Source of the DNA: a virus
Strand: one strand, 5' to 3'
IMG/VR virus record: IMGVR_UViG_3300028412_000004
Location: 61,532-125,531 of that record
Length of the DNA stretch: 64,000 nt
Positions 28,512-38,221 of the stretch are shown piece by piece. Within the stretch, counting starts at the first letter, position 1. Every line of letters begins with the position of its first letter. The notes below the pieces were generated by a model that searched no databases, was not told the DNA's origin, and saw only the letters and a program-made list of their open reading frames with translations. A program made the position numbers and the translations under genes.

Positions 28512-29098
28512 TTGATCTGACTAGAAATTGGGTGTTCCTGCATCCTTCCAAGACGGGCGGCTCCTCTGTAGAAGTAGCTTTGATGGAAAGTGCCTTAAAC
28601 ACTGGATCTGAGGTGGAATCAGTCTTCGGTCCTCTTTTCGCGGTGTGGGGTCCCGATGGTAAGCAGCACTGGTCCTACGAGAAGATGGTATGCCATTTTC
28701 ACTTTACCGCACATTGGAAGAAGTTTGCGACAGTCCGCCACCCTTACACACGTGTGCTATCTGAGTTTCGCTATCAGCTCTCCGGTAACAGACGCAAGGA
28801 TGGTAACCAGGAGTGCTACGCCTCCGCTGATATTAACGCAGCTATAAAGTCTAAGACTTTGTGGCGCTGCGCGTGGCCCTGGCACGGTATGTCGCAATTT
28901 GCATACCTTAGCGACGACGTTGAGTTAATACGGTTCGAGAACCTTACGGAGGATTTTAAAAAAGTGACAGGGCTGGACAACCTCAAACATGTGCTGAAAT
29001 CGCCTGAGGTTGAGCTTGACGAGCTGGACGATGAGTCTAAATCTATCATTCAGAAGAAATTTCCTTTGGATTTTCTGAAACTAAACTACGATCCATAA
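28508..29098 (+). CDS. Sulfotransferase (Sulfotransfer_2-like)
   Basis: PAPS-binding motifs FLHPSKTGGSS (5'-PSB) and VRHPYTRVLSEF (3'-PB), plus IRFENL. Confidence 0.85.
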   Translation: MIDLTRNWVFLHPSKTGGSSVEVALMESALNTGSEVESVFGPLFAVWGPDGKQHWSYEKMVCHFHFTAHWKKFATVRHPYTRVLSEFRYQLSGNRRKDGNQECYASADINAAIKSKTLWRCAWPWHGMSQFAYLSDDVELIRFENLTEDFKKVTGLDNLKHVLKSPEVELDELDDESKSIIQKKFPLDFLKLNYDP

Positions 29099-29101
29099 TA
29101 T

Positions 29102-29482
29102 ATGCAGGAGAACGTCATATTATTTTTATCAGGGTTGATTTGTGTGGGCTGGGTGCTGGAGCTGTGGTTCAAGGACGCTCCGCCGACCTGGTTAATCAAG
29201 TCATTGGCTGTAGCAACATTTACGTCGAGGCAGACGCCGCAATACTCGAATGAGGATGAGTGGTTGATCTACGCCAATTTGAACCTGGGACTGCTCGGAG
29301 GGCTGCTTACTTGCAGACAATGCCTCAGCCAGCACGTGTCCTTCTGGGGCGCGCTATTCTTACAAGTGTTCCTGGATTCTGCGGACGTATACACACGGTG
29401 TGGGTTATTCTTAACCTGCGCGCTAGGTTGGCCTTATCTGTTAAACATCATGTCCAGTATATTAGAAAAAAATGAGTACTAG
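29102..29482 (+). CDS. Small membrane protein with CxxC (DUF1360-like)
   Basis: About three hydrophobic segments and a GLLTCRQCLSQHVSFW motif. Confidence 0.5.
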   Translation: MQENVILFLSGLICVGWVLELWFKDAPPTWLIKSLAVATFTSRQTPQYSNEDEWLIYANLNLGLLGGLLTCRQCLSQHVSFWGALFLQVFLDSADVYTRCGLFLTCALGWPYLLNIMSSILEKNEY

Positions 29483-29837
29483 AAACTTGCATCTGTTCCG
29501 TATGGTGGACGGTAAAAAAACACCAGTAATTATAACCGTGGACAAAGACATGATTATTCTGTCCGAGCGCGAAGACGGTGCGTCCAACCAAGGCATTATT
29601 ATGGGGGACCGGTTCGATGAGGAAGGTAATAAGATAGGGCTCGCGATACAGCCAGGGGAGTCGGAAGTTCTCAGATTCTTTACACCGGGATACAAATGTA
29701 CGACCGCGGGGTGTCAAAAGCTCCATGATGAGTATCAACGGAAAGTAGATACTGCTAAAGCCGCTAATTGTAAAAACTGCGAGTTAGGGGCCTTGATAAG
29801 AGAATACGCCCCTAGGGTGCGAGAGATCCTAAAGTAA
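29472..29837 (+). CDS. Hypothetical protein with Cx4C and CxxC
   Basis: 121-aa ORF with CTTAGC and CKNC near the C-terminus. Confidence 0.55.
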   Translation: MSTRNLHLFRMVDGKKTPVIITVDKDMIILSEREDGASNQGIIMGDRFDEEGNKIGLAIQPGESEVLRFFTPGYKCTTAGCQKLHDEYQRKVDTAKAANCKNCELGALIREYAPRVREILK

Positions 29838-30010
29838 TGGAATTACCTGGATTAGATGCGGATCTGCAGCGTAAGCTGGCTGTAGAGATCTCTAGACCCG
29901 GTTGCAGATCCTGCGCCAAGTCTAAAACTATCCGAAAGTATAAAAAAATCCAGGACGCTCGAAATGCATCCCCACAAAACAACCTTGATAAGAAGCGTAA
30001 TCACAGGTAG
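29837..30010 (+). CDS. 57-aa basic CxxC protein (not in the ORF track)
   Basis: ATG overlaps the upstream TAA. MELPGLDADLQRKLAVEISRPGCRSCAKSKTIRKY... fills the gap before the sigma gene. Confidence 0.55.
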   Translation: MELPGLDADLQRKLAVEISRPGCRSCAKSKTIRKYKKIQDARNASPQNNLDKKRNHR

Positions 30011-30019
30011 CTATAGTAT

Positions 30020-30739
30020 GTGGATACCAATGAACCCTTAGAACCTTACGACCGCTGGAAGCAAGATCCCTCTCCTGGAAACCTCAAGGTTGCTGTGGAT
30101 AGTCTCTCTCCGACGATCGACAATGTCCTGCGCAGTATAGGAGCTGCGGGTGATCCGTATCTAAAAACAAAGGCCAGAGTTCTGGCGTCTGGTGCGGTAA
30201 AGTCCTACGATCCGCAGTATGGGGCCAATATGCACACCTGGGTGTCCCGCCAGCTTTTACCTCTACGACGCATGAAGCGCCGAAACCAATCCGTTGTCGA
30301 TATTCCTGAGAGTATCCAACTGGACGCCTTTAAACTTATGAAGGCTGAGAATAAATTCTTAGATGAGAACGACCGGGAGCCTGATCTTATTGAGCTCTCT
30401 GATATCACAAACCTCCCGAAGAAACGCATAGAGAAGGTGAGGGCGCTGCAGATGCCCACGCCCGCTGAGGGGGCTTATGTCGATGATTCAGGAGCTGCGG
30501 TAGGCCTTCCGGGAGGTAATTCCGACTACTTATCTGAGGCGATGGATTACGTCTACCACGACCTAGATTATACAGACCGTAAGATCATGGAGTATAAATC
30601 AGGTTATGGCGGCTCCAGAATACTCCCATCGATCGAAATTGCTAAGAGGTTAAAACTGACACCGTCGCAACTCACCCGACGCAGCGCTAAACTAGGGTAT
30701 AAAGTGCAGGAAATCGAGAACGCACTATCCAGCACATGA
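30020..30739 (+). CDS. RNA polymerase sigma-70-family factor (probable late sigma)
   Basis: GTG start. Region 2 (AVKSYDPQYGANMHTWV...LRR), region 3 (DREPDLIELSDITNLPKKRIE) and region 4 HTH (SIEIAKRLKLTPSQL). Confidence 0.8.
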   Translation: MDTNEPLEPYDRWKQDPSPGNLKVAVDSLSPTIDNVLRSIGAAGDPYLKTKARVLASGAVKSYDPQYGANMHTWVSRQLLPLRRMKRRNQSVVDIPESIQLDAFKLMKAENKFLDENDREPDLIELSDITNLPKKRIEKVRALQMPTPAEGAYVDDSGAAVGLPGGNSDYLSEAMDYVYHDLDYTDRKIMEYKSGYGGSRILPSIEIAKRLKLTPSQLTRRSAKLGYKVQEIENALSST

Positions 30740-31089
30740 AATACGAAGCTACAATTTATTTTGACAAAGACTCCAAGATCAAAGGTCTTAAGGATGAAGC
30801 AAATTACGCGGCTGGCGCTGTGTCAATACTGCCCCCGTTTTCTGACGAGGCAGCCACACTGGAATTTGAAGATTTAGAGGCAGAATTAGATGCAGCTGAC
30901 GCCGCTATCACATCGTCTAACTTTAACTCACATCCTGAGAGAATAAACTTAGTTCATGCTGCGGCCATGCTTCGAGACGCAGAGTATGCTACAGCATCTC
31001 GCAGGTTTGTGAAGGCCTTAGGAGTGCAGGGCTCTTTCAGGCATCTATACGAGGTAGGTAAATCTCACATCGATACGAACGGAATATAA
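30736..31089 (+). CDS. Hypothetical protein
   Basis: ORF coupled by ATGA overlap within the baseplate block. Confidence 0.55.
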   Translation: MKYEATIYFDKDSKIKGLKDEANYAAGAVSILPPFSDEAATLEFEDLEAELDAADAAITSSNFNSHPERINLVHAAAMLRDAEYATASRRFVKALGVQGSFRHLYEVGKSHIDTNGI

Positions 31090-31091
31090 AC

Positions 31092-31493
31092 ATGAAAAAA
31101 AGTATCCGCATAGACTTTACAGGAAACGCTCCAAAGCTGGATTTCAACAGACCTGTGGAAGGTTTCGAAAACACCATTCAACGCGCACTGGTTAACATAG
31201 GCACGCATCGTAATGATCTAAACTTATTCGAGAATAAAGGCACAGATTTATTGCGGAGGGGTGTAGAGGGTTCCTTAATCTCCATCCAAGCTGCGCAACA
31301 CCAATCCAATTTCGCGGCTATTGAGACCTTGCTGTTCATGCGAGAGGAGGCTGCAAATACACTCGACGCAGGTGAGGGCCTGAGCAAAATAGGATTAGAA
31401 CCCGCCTCACCTCTAGAAAATGGGCGGTTGAACATAAACGCAATATTCACCTCTGACACAGGAGAGGTGGTTGGCGCTGCCGGCAACATATAA
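31092..31493 (+). CDS. Baseplate wedge subunit (gp25/gpW-like)
   Basis: 133 aa (IQRALVNIGT...KGTDL), directly before the baseplate J-like gene. Confidence 0.55.
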   Translation: MKKSIRIDFTGNAPKLDFNRPVEGFENTIQRALVNIGTHRNDLNLFENKGTDLLRRGVEGSLISIQAAQHQSNFAAIETLLFMREEAANTLDAGEGLSKIGLEPASPLENGRLNINAIFTSDTGEVVGAAGNI

Positions 31494-31494
31494 T

Positions 31495-33234
31495 ATGAAT
31501 TACCCAGACATCTTAGACATTTACTTCCCCGAAATCGGAGAGATTGATAAATCTCGGGTATTGGACACTCGTGCGCGTGTGGTTGCTTACCTAGCCCGCG
31601 GTTGGCCAGACGTGGACATGAGTCCTGGATCCGTCTTCGGAGATACCTACATAGACCCTGCGGCTTACCTCTTCGCAGCGCTGGAGACGGCTATGGGGCG
31701 TTACATGAGCGACCTAGACTTAGAGAACGTCGCACAAGGTATAATCTACAACTGCGACTTTGTAGAAAAATACTTGGGTAATTTTGTAGATTCCCACAAC
31801 CAATACTTAAAGGCCTCCGGAGTGGTGCGGCTTGTGTTTAACACAGATAAGGCCTACACGCTGGATCGCGGAATCCGTTTCAGGACGAGCGAAACGGACA
31901 TCACGAACAACTTCAGCATAAGGCTCCCTTTCCCGGGAGACTGTGAAATACTCCCTACGGATGGTGCGGTAGTCGTTGGAGAAAATTCACAAACTCTTAA
32001 GAAGGTAGGAGCGAACACTTTCGTCGTGGATGTGCCAGTCGTAGGCGACATGAACTCACCGCTACTGTCTGGAGCCTTACTAGCCACCAACCAACTTGTC
32101 CAGGAGTTGGTGTCTGTTACAGCTCTTTACGATTTCTTCGACGCATCCGAGGCCCTTTCTCTACGTGTATTGGCGCAGCGATCGCGACAGACATATTACT
32201 CTAAAGGACTGACAAGCAGAGGCAACGCCGCAAGCCTCATACGTAAAGAGTTCCCAGGCGTCACAGGCGTGTCACCTGTATTATCTGGGGATGATATTAT
32301 GCTGCGTACAGCTGCTAATTTATTCGGGGTATTCGACGGCGGTGTGGACCTCTACGTCAAATCACAAGGGTTCACTTTCAAAGAGACTGCTGTCATCAAA
32401 CTAATTTACTCTCCCTACGACGCGAGCGCTCCTGGTGTGGATGAAAGTTTCAAAGGGATATTGGAGCTGCCTGAGATACCGTATGTGGTAGACTCCGTCA
32501 AATGGGTCGGTGATACCAATGTAGCACTGTCCTACGATTTCATCATGTCTTCCTCCGACATTTCCAGAGCGCCTATGCTCTCTGCCGCATACTCTATGTT
32601 AGACAAGACCTACATTAACGTGCAGATGCCAACAGACATCGATGGTGATGTTATAACTACACAAGTCGATGGAGATGGTAAAGAATACGCCGAGTTTGAA
32701 ATAACTTACCGTGCGGATCCTCTGCTGAAAGGTATCGCTGCTTTTGTGCAGGGTCCTGATGTCGCGCCGGTTGGTGTAGATGTGCTGGTAAAAGGTTTTG
32801 TACCTATCGTCATAAGCAATATGACGGTCGTGTATAGAAAGGATGCGGGAAGGTCTTTCAACCGCAGAAAAGCTAGAGAAGAGATACTGGAGTATCTTCG
32901 AACATTGGCTTACCCAGATACTATCACACTGAGTAAGTTGGCAGACTCGATGTTCTACGCAGGAGCCGCTGATGTTAAAGACGTGCTTATCACGGCCGAG
33001 ATCCGGTGGTCCTTAGGAACTCGGGTCAGCAGTGTAGCGGTAACTGGTACAGATCTCATCGAGCAGGACACCGTGGTAGTACCACCGCAGGCTATAACTA
33101 CCTTGTCCGGGTTGAAGGCTACTCAAATAGACCCTGATCTAGGATTTGCTACAGAAAGCTTTAAAGCGGGTAGTGTTAGAAACTTCTGCTACGTTATAGA
33201 TCCTGAAAACATTAACTTCAGTGAAGAACTTTAA
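31495..33234 (+). CDS. Baseplate J / gp6-like wedge protein
   Basis: DMSPGSVFGD, ASGVVRLVF, GGVDLYVK and a C-terminal gpJ-like region; ATG at 31495. Confidence 0.7.
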   Translation: MNYPDILDIYFPEIGEIDKSRVLDTRARVVAYLARGWPDVDMSPGSVFGDTYIDPAAYLFAALETAMGRYMSDLDLENVAQGIIYNCDFVEKYLGNFVDSHNQYLKASGVVRLVFNTDKAYTLDRGIRFRTSETDITNNFSIRLPFPGDCEILPTDGAVVVGENSQTLKKVGANTFVVDVPVVGDMNSPLLSGALLATNQLVQELVSVTALYDFFDASEALSLRVLAQRSRQTYYSKGLTSRGNAASLIRKEFPGVTGVSPVLSGDDIMLRTAANLFGVFDGGVDLYVKSQGFTFKETAVIKLIYSPYDASAPGVDESFKGILELPEIPYVVDSVKWVGDTNVALSYDFIMSSSDISRAPMLSAAYSMLDKTYINVQMPTDIDGDVITTQVDGDGKEYAEFEITYRADPLLKGIAAFVQGPDVAPVGVDVLVKGFVPIVISNMTVVYRKDAGRSFNRRKAREEILEYLRTLAYPDTITLSKLADSMFYAGAADVKDVLITAEIRWSLGTRVSSVAVTGTDLIEQDTVVVPPQAITTLSGLKATQIDPDLGFATESFKAGSVRNFCYVIDPENINFSEEL

Positions 33235-34547
33235 TGGCCACACAACTCAACAACAAGCATGAGATAAGACCCCGGCTGGGCTCTTTCTGGTATGACCAGA
33301 TGGATACCGAGCAGGCAAAGGGTATTACTGCCATGCAACACCTTGTGGACCATTCCCGAGCGCAGAATCAACTGCAGGCTTCTGGGGATTGGGCACTGAA
33401 TGCAGAATACGCCCGAGAGAATGATATTACACTACACTACGATCCGAGAGACGTTGTGAAGGTAGGAAGCATGTGGGAGATAACTCTATCGGATGATATC
33501 TACGCATCTGCCGTAATGACGGCCGACGGTCGCACGATGTTGCGCGGGATAGGTTTCGACGCGAACAACACCACAATCAGCTTCCACGACCACCCAGACA
33601 CACTTTTCAAAAACAACTCAATCCTACTAGTGTCCGCTGAGGTTGGTAGAAGGAACCTGCTGTCCTATACCATGCAGCTGGACGACATAAAAGGACCTGT
33701 CGATTATGTAAGGGACTACTACAGAGGCAGTCAGTCCCCATTAAAATTTGAACGTGCGCTCGCCCAGGCAGCTGGTTTAAAAATCACACCTCAGGACGGG
33801 TTCCTATTGCGAGCCACTACGACTGACGAGGGCATTTGTTACGAGTTCGACTACGGCTCTATCTGTGTATCTTACGCACACGACTTTTTATTAGCACATA
33901 CCTACTACTACGCGCACACCATAATAGGCGACCAGGTTAAAGTGTTTGCGTCGAACATAAGTGACGGCGCTTCCGCGGCTGATGGTTACGACCTGTATGA
34001 TAACTTAGTGGATTGGAGTGACGGACTCTTACTGGACAGCATTTGCCCTATAAAGGAAGTCACCGTTCCTTTCGGAGATGTCGGCTTCACTACCGTAGTG
34101 TCTGGAAGCTCTGTACATTTAAAGTTTGATGCTTCCGACACGGCGCAGCCTAATAATTTACTTACCCCTACCACCGCTGTAGACGATAAATTTCACGGGT
34201 GGTTATGGAACAGTGAGAAACGCTCAGGGTTGTATCTAAACTCCTTGCTGCCGGCTCCTTTTTCAACAGCCGGACAAACAGGGTCTGTAAACCTGCTGCA
34301 GTTGATGTTCCAACATCTGCTAGGGCGGCGTGGTTTAGTAATCGACCTTAGAACCGAGAGTATAGGAGAAGAATACCACAACCGTGCTTTGAAGTTCATT
34401 TACCGAGAAAAGCCTATGGGAGTTATCCCTATCGTACGAGGGTTTGCAGCAAACTACCCAGACCCGAGCAACACCGAGTTCGTCTCAGCGGGTTACGGCT
34501 GGCAGGACTCAGGACAGTGGATAGACACCTCTAACTGGATTGATTAA
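33234..34547 (+). CDS. Baseplate wedge protein (gp7/gpI-like)
   Basis: Follows the J-like gene; LGSFW at the N-terminus and REKPMG near the C-terminus. Confidence 0.45.
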   Translation: MATQLNNKHEIRPRLGSFWYDQMDTEQAKGITAMQHLVDHSRAQNQLQASGDWALNAEYARENDITLHYDPRDVVKVGSMWEITLSDDIYASAVMTADGRTMLRGIGFDANNTTISFHDHPDTLFKNNSILLVSAEVGRRNLLSYTMQLDDIKGPVDYVRDYYRGSQSPLKFERALAQAAGLKITPQDGFLLRATTTDEGICYEFDYGSICVSYAHDFLLAHTYYYAHTIIGDQVKVFASNISDGASAADGYDLYDNLVDWSDGLLLDSICPIKEVTVPFGDVGFTTVVSGSSVHLKFDASDTAQPNNLLTPTTAVDDKFHGWLWNSEKRSGLYLNSLLPAPFSTAGQTGSVNLLQLMFQHLLGRRGLVIDLRTESIGEEYHNRALKFIYREKPMGVIPIVRGFAANYPDPSNTEFVSAGYGWQDSGQWIDTSNWID

Positions 34548-34549
34548 TT

Positions 34550-34942
34550 ATGAGCATCACACTAACAAGAGCAGCAGTCTCAGAAGAAACATTAGGCGGG
34601 CGTCATGTCTGGCCTCTTAAGGTTACAGCAGTTTCCGACACCTCCGGACTACCTTCGGATATCTTTGTGTATCACGCCGACGCCGGCGGGGACCTGCTTA
34701 ACGGAGATATGTTCGAGTGCGTGGCCAGCGTGTCGCAGCTGGATGATCTAGGCACGGAACCTGACTTCATAAGCGATCCAGTGGTTCCTTACTACCGCGG
34801 TGACTTCCTAGAGTTCAACTGCCGATCTGCGCGTGACCTAGAGCTGCTGTGGTCTAAGATACAAGAGGAAGTACAGTCCCTTCACAATAACTTCACCTCC
34901 TGGGAAAGAATACAGGACGCGACTACCGTTGAAATAACATGA
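34550..34942 (+). CDS. Hypothetical tail or baseplate protein
   Basis: Tightly packed 130-aa ORF. Confidence 0.55.
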   Translation: MSITLTRAAVSEETLGGRHVWPLKVTAVSDTSGLPSDIFVYHADAGGDLLNGDMFECVASVSQLDDLGTEPDFISDPVVPYYRGDFLEFNCRSARDLELLWSKIQEEVQSLHNNFTSWERIQDATTVEIT

Positions 34943-35493
34943 GCTTCGATAAAGTAAAATTCTCCTACCCCGGGTTAATGCCAGTGGGATCCCCCAAGCA
35001 AGCCTCCTCGGTTAAGCTAAACGACGATGGAAGCTGCAACATACTTATCCACTCTCAGACAATGGATCCAGGAGTAGTCACTACCTTTGGGTGGAGGGAC
35101 TCTGGGGATTGGGAGGATGACGCGCAGTGGGTTGATGAGCTTAACGGTGTTGTAATTGTACACATCAACGATGTTATAATAACCATGGCGGGAGTGCGCG
35201 GGGCGGACCTTTACGTCGCCGGAGGTACTCAAGTAGTTCGGGAGCCTGCTGTGGTGGATTTGGACTCCCCGCAATTCTTCGTCGACTCTTCCGCAGAGCC
35301 CATCACCTACAACGGCACGACCTTGAAGCTGGCAGATATCCCGAGTGAAGGCTCTGATGTACACAATTACTTTCTCAGACTACCTGCGGGATTCTTTAAC
35401 CCGGGAACAAGTCGCTTGTTCGTTACAGTTAATGGGGTTGTTAGAGCCCTCACTTTAAACCGTACAATACTGAAGAGTTTCGAAGGCTACTAG
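34939..35493 (+). CDS. Hypothetical beta-rich virion protein
   Basis: 184-aa ORF. Its GWRDSGDWEDDAQWVD echoes GWQDSGQWIDTSNWID at the end of the 33234 gene. Confidence 0.55.
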   Translation: MSFDKVKFSYPGLMPVGSPKQASSVKLNDDGSCNILIHSQTMDPGVVTTFGWRDSGDWEDDAQWVDELNGVVIVHINDVIITMAGVRGADLYVAGGTQVVREPAVVDLDSPQFFVDSSAEPITYNGTTLKLADIPSEGSDVHNYFLRLPAGFFNPGTSRLFVTVNGVVRALTLNRTILKSFEGY

Positions 35494-35497
35494 CCTG

Positions 35498-38026
35498 CTA
35501 GCCTAGTGCTTCCAGTTTGGCGGCTAGATCGCCCACATTGATAGGTGCGATGCGTACGTTGTCTTGGTAGAAATTATTGAGTAGCTCGGTAACGCCTTGC
35601 GGATCCATCTCGAAATAACCCTCGCGCTCCACAAGACCTTCGACCAGCGTGCTGAGCTCTAAGAATAAATCGCGGATCTGGCCTTTCTTCGCGATGTCTT
35701 TGTGGTAGAAATAAACTTTCTGTTTGGCGAGATCGTGCGCGAAGTAGGTGCTTACATCATCCACTGAGATACTGCGTAGTATACTTTCCAGTGTCTCGTA
35801 AGGCAGCTCGGTCTGAGGCCAAGCCACTAGGTCAAAAGTCCTACGAATAAGAGCAGCACCCTCCCGAACCAACTCACTCTCGTATAGGACGCTGCTGCTG
35901 AACTTTACAGGAGTTTCCTCCTTTAAGAGGTTGCTGACTACTTTAACGAGGATTGTGTGGAGAATTTTACCCAGCGTGCTGTAGAATTTAGGATCAAACC
36001 TACCGAAGGAATAGCCCGCGTCTGAGAGTATAAAAGCGGAGGCCTCGCAGTTACTGCGGCGGCTACGGTCGAGGCCTATAGCCATTACAGGATACCCCGC
36101 TACACCAGTGATATCTAACTTACCTCGGGTATTGTTGTTGAGTTGGATGGGTTTAATTTGACCAAGCCCTTTGAATACAGATAGCAGCAACTTTTCATTC
36201 TCCGGGGTGTTGCGGATGAACACAGGGGACACCTTCCTTCCGGAGCGGTAGCGGGCGACCATAGCAACAGCCTGACTAAAAAGATCGCAAATCGGTTCTG
36301 GAAGGTTCTCATACATTTCCTCCTCGGTGCGCTCCCCGAAATCGAAGAACTTAAATGTAGGGGTTGTGGGGTGGGGTGTGTGTTGCGCATAGTTACAGTT
36401 GTTCTGGGTGATAGTGAAGCCACGGCCTGTAAACACCTCACGCATACCATCCCACCCAAGGGTGGACACTCCAGACTCTACTTTAAGGTCAGCGACCTGT
36501 GTGCGGAAATTGGGAAGCAGCGATCGTGCCGCAGAGTGATCGATAAAAGTAGGTATACTAGTCTGCCCGGAGTTAGCACGAGGGTAGAGTATATCCGCCT
36601 GCTTGAGCGCGGCGTCTAGCTTCTTAATGGATTCCAAATCAGAGCTGTGCAGCATGAAGGGTATCTCTCGATCCGTCATCAAAATGTGCCCTGTGTGATA
36701 CATAGCGTCTACCTCGGGGAAGACTATGTTACTCTTGAATTTCAGTGTGAAATTGGAGACTGTAGTCTGTCCGCCCTCGTTACCAGTTTCGATAGCAGTA
36801 TAACCCTGGAGGGTGGACATTATAATCTTTCGACCTTGTGCGACTACAACACCCTCCGGCATGAGCTGTTCCATATCCCGCAGAGCGAAAGCCATACCCT
36901 CTTGCTTCAAAGCTTTGATCAGATTCTGACGAGAGTCACCTGTTACATTGACGTTGCGTATGATAGCTTTTGTATCTTTACCGACGCGACCTACGGATTT
37001 AATCTTCGAGATGACCAGATCCAACACAAAAGCATCAAAAGGCTGTCTAACTCTAGAGGACACAGTAATAGGTTCCCCAGCAGGTAATACAAACACCTCG
37101 GTGTTTTCTTTAACCAACGCAGCCGGCACCGCTAGGTCGAACACACAACGTCCGTCGGCTTTGTAGATATACTGAAGCTGTTCTGGCAGCCAGCCAGATG
37201 TGTGTGAATGTTGTGGGAGGTAAGTGATATCACAGCCAGTCACCCCAGGAGCAAAGCTTTTATGTTGTCCGTTAAAACTCAGAGCTTCCATAGCACCTGG
37301 GATAAGAAACATCTGCTGCGTGGGACTCACATCCAGCAATCCGAAGGTGGCATACTTAGCCGGGGTTATGGAGCGTGCGCCGTTAATAGCACCGCTGGCG
37401 TCCTCGCTGTATTTCAAGTAGGAGACGGTGTGGTGGTTGCTGTAGTAGGGGTAGAGCACTCCGTTACTAGGTGGGATGGGGTTGATTTCCATATCCAGCA
37501 GGATTCCGTTCACATCCGACATCTGTTTGTGGTTTAGTATGCTGACGTAGTATGGGGTGTCGTAAACGTTTACTCCTGTGTCTAGGAACCTAGATAAGAA
37601 GCCTTGCTGAATAGCAGTTCGGTCCCCTGGGGAATTCATACCATCGCAGGATATAATCTCGAAGAGCATACGCCGCTGTCGCACCTCTTCCGCCAAATCG
37701 ATAGTGACTCCTGGTGTCAGGAAGTTTGACAACCTGTCAGGGAATAGTGCCGACAGCTTATCTATAGCAGCGGTGTAAAGTTGAGGACCTCTAATGTCGC
37801 GCTCCTTAAGGATCGTCAGCGCTGTCAGATCCACAATAGAACCTGCACGGAAAGAGGACCCAGAGCGCAGGGACAGGAAGCCTCCCTCAAGCAACCACAA
37901 CCACCCCTCCCCTGGGACTTGAACCTGGTAGTGCTCATCCTCTGTGATACGGGTACTGAGTTGCAGGGCCCCGACTAACTCGTAGGGGCTCACTATTTTC
38001 TCAAGGGTTTCTAGATTCTTAGACAT
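35498..38026 (-). CDS. Large hypothetical protein, possibly degenerate primase/DUF927-related
   Basis: 842-aa ORF inverted relative to its neighbours; only weak resemblance (GSIVDLTA; STLGWDG...F) to primase-associated domains. Confidence 0.45.
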   Translation of the reverse strand: MSKNLETLEKIVSPYELVGALQLSTRITEDEHYQVQVPGEGWLWLLEGGFLSLRSGSSFRAGSIVDLTALTILKERDIRGPQLYTAAIDKLSALFPDRLSNFLTPGVTIDLAEEVRQRRMLFEIISCDGMNSPGDRTAIQQGFLSRFLDTGVNVYDTPYYVSILNHKQMSDVNGILLDMEINPIPPSNGVLYPYYSNHHTVSYLKYSEDASGAINGARSITPAKYATFGLLDVSPTQQMFLIPGAMEALSFNGQHKSFAPGVTGCDITYLPQHSHTSGWLPEQLQYIYKADGRCVFDLAVPAALVKENTEVFVLPAGEPITVSSRVRQPFDAFVLDLVISKIKSVGRVGKDTKAIIRNVNVTGDSRQNLIKALKQEGMAFALRDMEQLMPEGVVVAQGRKIIMSTLQGYTAIETGNEGGQTTVSNFTLKFKSNIVFPEVDAMYHTGHILMTDREIPFMLHSSDLESIKKLDAALKQADILYPRANSGQTSIPTFIDHSAARSLLPNFRTQVADLKVESGVSTLGWDGMREVFTGRGFTITQNNCNYAQHTPHPTTPTFKFFDFGERTEEEMYENLPEPICDLFSQAVAMVARYRSGRKVSPVFIRNTPENEKLLLSVFKGLGQIKPIQLNNNTRGKLDITGVAGYPVMAIGLDRSRRSNCEASAFILSDAGYSFGRFDPKFYSTLGKILHTILVKVVSNLLKEETPVKFSSSVLYESELVREGAALIRRTFDLVAWPQTELPYETLESILRSISVDDVSTYFAHDLAKQKVYFYHKDIAKKGQIRDLFLELSTLVEGLVEREGYFEMDPQGVTELLNNFYQDNVRIAPINVGDLAAKLEALG

Positions 38027-38221
38027 GCAAAAAGCACCCGTTTCAGGTTATATAGAATTAGCAGACAGTCTAGTCTATTCATGAGTGAAGCGATATGGCA
38101 AGCCCATAGCAAATCCTCGAACTGTCCTAAACATTAGAATCTTCGGATTCCATTTTTTACCTATGCGATACCAGTCTCCTACAGACTTGACTATACCGAC
38201 TAAAAAGATGATTCTACCACT

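Noticed and set aside
29102-29482. Holin/lysis cassette
   Set aside because: A small membrane protein is present but no endolysin or spanin is recognisable nearby, so a holin call is unsupported.
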